Sequence record: SRR2962707_896
DNA length: 64,000 nt
Reading direction: 5' to 3' (one strand)
Both the position numbers and the translations under genes were made by a program. The notes beneath the pieces are model-generated. The model searched no databases. It was not told the DNA's origin and worked only from the letters and a program-made list of their open reading frames with translations. Of this stretch, positions 59,334 to 64,000 are shown in pieces. The first letter of the stretch is position 1. Every line of letters begins with the position of its first letter.

Positions 59334-60965
59334 ATGTCCGACCACCCGATCCTGAACATCACCGACGTCGCCACCCCCGATGCCTACCCCGCCATCACCG
59401 CCGCCACCCTGAGTGGCGAATGGCCGGCGCTCACCGAGCGCCTGGAACGCACCGCCGCGGACTACCGCCGCGCGCCGTCCCTGCACACGTTGGTGCAACT
59501 GGAAGGCACGCTGCACGCCATCCTCCGCGCCCCGCGCGACACCCTCGGCACCTGGGCCGACGCCGAGCCCGGCAACCCCTGGCCCTGGCTGGCGCAAGGC
59601 ATGGCGGACACCTACGCCGGGCTCGATGCGCGCGGCACGGAGACCGCCGACCAGCTCACCGAGGCCGAATGGGAGCAAGTGGCGGAGTACCTGACCCAAG
59701 CCCAGGCCCCGCTGACCCGCGCCTTGGAACTGGGTGTGCAACCCGGGCCGGCACTGGCCGCCATCGGCCAGGCCGCCACGGTCATGGGCGTGCCCGAAGA
59801 GGACCACCAACAACTGCTGGCGCAACTGGCGGAGGCCGACCCGAACTGGTTGCCCGCCTGGTCCAGCGCCCTGGCCCGCAGCGAAGCCCGCTGGGGTGGC
59901 AGCCTGGCGCACATGGGCGAAGTGGTGGCTCTGGCCGAGCGCGCCATGACCGCCCCCGAGCTGCACCAGCTCCTCACCGCCGAGCGCTGGTGGTGGCGCG
60001 CCAACCGCGCCGCCACCATTGACGGCGACCTGGTCACCGCCCGCGGGCACTTGCGCGCCGGCCTGGAAGACTGCCCGCCTGGGCGCATGCGCGCCGCCCT
60101 GCTGGTGTTGGAAGCACAAATCCTGGCCTCCCTGGACGCCCCCGCCCTGGAAATCGCCGAAGGCTGGCAGGCCGCCGTGGACGCCGCTCCGGACGACTCC
60201 ACACATCAGTTCGACCTCGGCCTGGCCTGGGTCAACGCCGGCGACATCGAGCGGGCCACCGCCGTGCTGAGCCGCCTGGCGGAACGGCCCGGCCCGGAGG
60301 GCCTGGAAGCGGCCAACTGGCTGGGGCGGTGCCTGGCCCGAGGCCGGCGTGGCTTTCCACAAGACCGCGCGGCGGCGGAGCGCTGGTTCCGCTTTGCCGC
60401 CGAAAAGGGTCCGGACGGCAAACTCAACCTGGCCGAACTCCAACTGGAAGACGACCCGCACTCCGAGCAGGCCCTGGCCCTGTGCCGCGCCGCCATCGCC
60501 GAAGGCAACGGCTTTGGCGCCCTGCCCCTGGCCCGGGCCCTCCTGACCCAAGGCGAGCAGGCCGAAGCCAAGGCCCTGCTCAGCGACGCCCCTGTCGAGT
60601 TTACCGCCTGCAAATACGCCCTGGCCCGCGGCCTGGACGAAGGCTGGTTCGGCACGCCCAACCCACGCGCCGCCCTCGACGTCAGCAGCACCGTGCTGCC
60701 CCAGGTGTTCGACCCGTACCTCTCCGTGCTGCACATGACCCTGCTCAGCGCCCAAGGCAATTGGGACGCCGCCCGGCAACATGGCCGCTGGCTGCTGGAA
60801 GAAACCGCCGAAGGTCGGCTCGACCTGCCCGACCCACTGTTCCACGAAGTCGAACGGCTGCTGGGCGCAATCCCCAAACCCGGCCTGGGCGGGTTCCTGA
60901 AACGGACCTTCAGTAATGAACGGTTGCGGCTGGAAGTGGAATCGCCGGATTTGTGGAACGTTTAA
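59334..60965 (+). CDS. DUF4034-like N-domain plus TPR/Sel1 repeat protein
   Basis: W....P...W..LAQG, DARG...A, ARWGGS; Sel1 repeat [21 protein letters not shown]. Start uncertain (59280 or 59334). Confidence 0.7.
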   Translation: MSDHPILNITDVATPDAYPAITAATLSGEWPALTERLERTAADYRRAPSLHTLVQLEGTLHAILRAPRDTLGTWADAEPGNPWPWLAQGMADTYAGLDARGTETADQLTEAEWEQVAEYLTQAQAPLTRALELGVQPGPALAAIGQAATVMGVPEEDHQQLLAQLAEADPNWLPAWSSALARSEARWGGSLAHMGEVVALAERAMTAPELHQLLTAERWWWRANRAATIDGDLVTARGHLRAGLEDCPPGRMRAALLVLEAQILASLDAPALEIAEGWQAAVDAAPDDSTHQFDLGLAWVNAGDIERATAVLSRLAERPGPEGLEAANWLGRCLARGRRGFPQDRAAAERWFRFAAEKGPDGKLNLAELQLEDDPHSEQALALCRAAIAEGNGFGALPLARALLTQGEQAEAKALLSDAPVEFTACKYALARGLDEGWFGTPNPRAALDVSSTVLPQVFDPYLSVLHMTLLSAQGNWDAARQHGRWLLEETAEGRLDLPDPLFHEVERLLGAIPKPGLGGFLKRTFSNERLRLEVESPDLWNV

Positions 60966-61119
60966 CCAGACTCTCCCGCAAAATCGCCCCAATCGCCCTC
61001 ACCCCGGTGAGCGTCATCGCCACCTTCATCTCGCTGGCGATCAGGTCCGGCACATGGGCCACGCCCTGCTCGCCGGCGGCGGCCAGGGCGTAGACGAAGG
61101 GGCGGCCGAGCAGCACGCC
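60964..61119 (-). pseudogene. lldD: FMN L-lactate dehydrogenase 3' remnant
   Basis: [52 protein letters not shown] matches the LldD C-terminus; the rest of the gene is absent. Confidence 0.75.
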
Positions 61120-61181
61120 GCCGCTGTTCGATAACCCTTTCAATCATGTCCGCTCTCCTGATCGCCCCAGGTGGGCGCGGC

Positions 61182-61811
61182 TTATTCAGCGGCCTTCTCG
61201 ACGTTGAAGCCGTCGAAGTTATCGAAGACGCCCATAAAGCCCGGCACCGTCGCCTCGCGTGCCCAGTCGCGCTGGAGTTCGCAGTACATCTGCACGCGAC
61301 TGATGAGTTTCACACCGGCCTGCTCCATTCGCCGCAGCGCGGCCTCGTGGGCGGCCAGCGAAGTACCGCCCACCGCATCGACGGGCACGTAAACCTCATA
61401 GCCTTCCTGGATGGCGTCCAGTGCCGGAAAGGTCAGGCACGCCTCGGTCCAGAGCGCGGTCATGATCAGCTTCTTGCGCCCGATCGATTTGACCGCCTCC
61501 TTGAACCCGGTGTCCTCCCAACTGTTGATGGAGGTGCGATCGTAGGGCGGCAGATGGCCGAGCACGTCTTGCAGTTCCTGGATCGGCGGTTTGTTGCGGC
61601 CGGTCGCGACGTTGACGGTGGAGTGGACGATCGGCAGGTCGTAGTTGACCGCCGCCTTGGCGACGCTGGTGATGTTGAAGACCAATTCGTCGCGGGGCAT
61701 GGAGCGGATCGACGAAACCTGAATCGGTTGGTAGTCGATGATGATCAACGCTGAATTTTCCGGGGTCAGCAGTTGGTCGGTGTGGGGATTACGGATCGTT
61801 TCACTTGCCAT
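61182..61811 (-). CDS. YcaC-like isochorismatase/cysteine hydrolase
   Basis: IIDYQP, RTSINSWED, ALWTEACL, DAVGG. Confidence 0.9.
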   Translation of the reverse strand: MASETIRNPHTDQLLTPENSALIIIDYQPIQVSSIRSMPRDELVFNITSVAKAAVNYDLPIVHSTVNVATGRNKPPIQELQDVLGHLPPYDRTSINSWEDTGFKEAVKSIGRKKLIMTALWTEACLTFPALDAIQEGYEVYVPVDAVGGTSLAAHEAALRRMEQAGVKLISRVQMYCELQRDWAREATVPGFMGVFDNFDGFNVEKAAE

Positions 61812-61825
61812 GGGTAAAGTTCTCT

Positions 61826-62659
61826 CTATTCAGCGCGTATAAACTCGAGCAGATCAGCGTTGACCTGGTCAGGATGGGTGGCGAACAGGCCGTGGGACAG
61901 ATAGGGATAGGTCTTGAGCGTGCCGTTGGGCAACAACTTGATCGCCTTGTGAGCGGAGGCCGCGATCGGCACCACCTGGTCGTCTTCGCCATGCAGGATC
62001 AACACCGGGATCTCGATGGCTTGAAGATCATCGGTGAAGTCGGTTTCCGAGAACGCCTGGATGGAGTCGTACTGGGCCTTGGCGCCGCCCGCCATGCCCT
62101 GGCGCCACCAGTTGTCGATCAGCCCCTGGCTGATTTCGGCGCCTTCGCGATTGAATCCATAGAACGGCCCCGTGGGTATGTCGCGGAAGAACTGGGCACG
62201 GTTGGATACCAGCGCGCTGCGGAAGCCGTCGAACACGGCCATGGGTGTGCCTTCCGGGTTAGCAGCCGACTGCAGCATGATCGGCGTCACCGAACCGATC
62301 AGCACCGCCTTGGCCACACGGCCCGGCTCTACCCGGGCAACATAACGGGCGACCACACCTCCGCCGGTGGAGTGCCCGACATGGATGGCGTTGCGAAGAT
62401 CGAGCGCCTTCACCAGATCCGTGGTGTCGGCGGCATAAGTGTCCATGTCGTTGCCGGTGTCGGTCTGGTCGGAACGGCCGTGCCCACGCCGGTCGAACGC
62501 GACGACGCGGTAACCCTGCGAGAGAAAGAACAGCATCTGGTTGTCCCAGTCGTCCGATGACAGCGGCCAACCGTGATGGAAAACGATAGGCTGAGCGTCC
62601 TTCGGTCCCCAGTCCTTGTAGAAGATGTGGGTACCGTCCTGAGCGGTGATGGTCGCCAT
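61826..62659 (-). CDS. cpo: Non-heme chloroperoxidase/perhydrolase (alpha/beta hydrolase)
   Basis: YKDWG, HGWPLSSDDW, DRRGHGRS, GHSTGG, HGEDDQVVP, HG. Confidence 0.88.
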   Translation of the reverse strand: MATITAQDGTHIFYKDWGPKDAQPIVFHHGWPLSSDDWDNQMLFFLSQGYRVVAFDRRGHGRSDQTDTGNDMDTYAADTTDLVKALDLRNAIHVGHSTGGGVVARYVARVEPGRVAKAVLIGSVTPIMLQSAANPEGTPMAVFDGFRSALVSNRAQFFRDIPTGPFYGFNREGAEISQGLIDNWWRQGMAGGAKAQYDSIQAFSETDFTDDLQAIEIPVLILHGEDDQVVPIAASAHKAIKLLPNGTLKTYPYLSHGLFATHPDQVNADLLEFIRAE

Positions 62660-62689
62660 GGAGACGTCCTCTTGGTCGCGTGGTTCGGA

Positions 62690-63343
62690 TCAGCCGGCGT
62701 CGCTCGGCACCGGCGTGTTGAGCAGTTGCTGCTCCCAAAGATAGGCGATGCCGCTGCCGCTGAAATGCTGAATGAGGATCTCGGTCAGCTCCTCGACATG
62801 CCCGGTACGCGCCCAATCGCGTTGCCATTCGCCAGCGAGCGCCATCACGGTCATCACGTTCGCGCCAGCCGCGATCATTCGCTGGATGGCCACTTCGTGA
62901 GACTCCTTCGAAATCCCGCCCGACGCGTCGGTGACCACGGTCACGTCCCAGCCTTCGCCGGCGGCCTGGATGACAGGCATTGCGACGCAGATCTCGGTCC
63001 ACAGGCCGGCGATGATCAGCTGCTTGCGGCCGGTCTCCTTGACCAAGTTCACCACATTTTCGTCCTGCCAGGTGTTCACCCAGGTGCGATCGATGACATC
63101 CTGATCCGGAAATACGTCGGTGATCTGCTTGAAGAGAAGCCCTCCGCGCGCCGCGATCACACTGGTGAGAATGGTCGGAACGTTGAAGGCTTTTGCCAGC
63201 TTGGCCAGCGCGGTGGTGCTGTTGACCACGGCTTGCGGGTCGTGACTGTTCAAGTTCGCGAGCTGGTAAGGCTGGTGGTCGATCAAAACCAGTACGGAAT
63301 CTTCGGGACGAAGAAGCGAATCAAGGCCGTTGCGGAAGGTCAT
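62690..63343 (-). CDS. YcaC-like isochorismatase/cysteine hydrolase
   Basis: LIDHQP, RTWVNTWQD, GLWTEICV, DASGG. Confidence 0.9.
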   Translation of the reverse strand: MTFRNGLDSLLRPEDSVLVLIDHQPYQLANLNSHDPQAVVNSTTALAKLAKAFNVPTILTSVIAARGGLLFKQITDVFPDQDVIDRTWVNTWQDENVVNLVKETGRKQLIIAGLWTEICVAMPVIQAAGEGWDVTVVTDASGGISKESHEVAIQRMIAAGANVMTVMALAGEWQRDWARTGHVEELTEILIQHFSGSGIAYLWEQQLLNTPVPSDAG

Positions 63344-63495
63344 GAATACATCCTCTGCTGCCAGTATGAGTGAGATAGGTTTTCCGGGAGACAGGCGCCG
63401 GCTGCGGCGATGTCGAAGCCGATACTGGCATTGCCATTGATGACGCGGTAGCGTTCCATTCTGCTACGCTGTGTCGCGCAAAGAGGAACACCAAA

Positions 63496-64000
63496 GTGAA
63501 CATCGAAGAGCTACGGACCTTCGTGGAAGTCGCGGATGCCGGGGGCGTGTCGCCCGCCGCGCGCCGGCTCGGTGTCTCCAAGTCCATCGTCAGCCGGCGG
63601 CTGTTGCGACTTGAAGCGGAACTGGGTGTCCAGCTTCTGGCACGCACCACCCGTGGCGCCGCGCTCACCGAAGCCGGGATAACCTTCCGGGACTACGCGG
63701 CGCGGGTTTGCGCTGAGATCGACATGGCCAAGGAAACGCTCCTGCCCGCCGGCGACCTTCGCGGACGCTTGCGAGTCACCGTGCCACTCTCATTCGGCCC
63801 AACGCACTTCGCCCCGGTGCTCGCGGAAATGGCGCGGCGTCATCCGCAACTTCATATTCACACCAGCTACAGCGACCGCTTCGTGGACCTGATCGCGGAG
63901 GGATACGATTGCGCGATACGGGTGGGCTATCTTCAGGACTCGGACCTGATCGCAAGACGGGTCGGCCCGATCTACGGCAAGCTCGTCGCCAGCCCGGACT
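63496..64000 (+). CDS. LysR family regulator, 5' part (runs off window end)
   Basis: Not in the ORF track. GTG 63496 follows a GAGGA RBS: MNIEELRTFVEVADAGGVSPAARRLGVSKSIVSRRL...LLARTTR. Confidence 0.9.
   Translation, partial: MNIEELRTFVEVADAGGVSPAARRLGVSKSIVSRRLLRLEAELGVQLLARTTRGAALTEAGITFRDYAARVCAEIDMAKETLLPAGDLRGRLRVTVPLSFGPTHFAPVLAEMARRHPQLHIHTSYSDRFVDLIAEGYDCAIRVGYLQDSDLIARRVGPIYGKLVASPD

Noticed and set aside
59301-60992. 563-aa minus-strand ORF
   Set aside because: Antisense shadow of a high-GC gene; the plus strand carries the Sel1/TPR motifs.
63411-63437. Additional TGTCGA hexamer upstream of the LysR gene
   Set aside because: No CG[AT]C-like -10 element at the expected spacing (CCAT is found there).
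1-64000. CRISPR array, rRNA, tRNA, IS elements, prophage
   Set aside because: No regularly spaced repeats, RNA-gene signatures, transposase or phage genes seen by eye; small ncRNAs could have been missed without Infernal or tRNAscan.

Overview
A gene-dense, GC-rich stretch of gammaproteobacterial chromosome. The gene content and lipoprotein style suggest Alcanivorax/Alloalcanivorax, but this is inference only. The window opens with gcdH (partial)/gcdR. It then becomes a mosaic accessory region of about 70 mostly stand-alone genes: many divergent regulator/target pairs (LysR, MarR, AraC, HxlR, XRE), detoxification-type enzymes (VOC, GST, PfpI/InhA, AKR, AzoR, GNAT), MFS transporters, small immunity-like hypotheticals and three pseudogene scraps (GST, acyl-CoA desaturase, lldD). 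Highlights: (1) a compact nirK - FGE/NirV-like - SCO - azurin operon with adjacent FNR-type and NsrR-type boxes; (2) a TGTCGA-N17/18-CGA(C/T) ECF42-like promoter repeated in front of three scattered genes; (3) two distant paralogues of an unannotated ~600-aa envelope protein family; (4) an AraC-linked tandem pair of atypical lipoprotein carboxylesterases next to a barrel-less PAP2/passenger-repeat lipoprotein; (5) an orphan GIY-YIG gene and REP-like palindromes. I saw no rRNA, tRNA, CRISPR array, transposase or integrase. Product calls come from motif recognition by eye, not from database searches.
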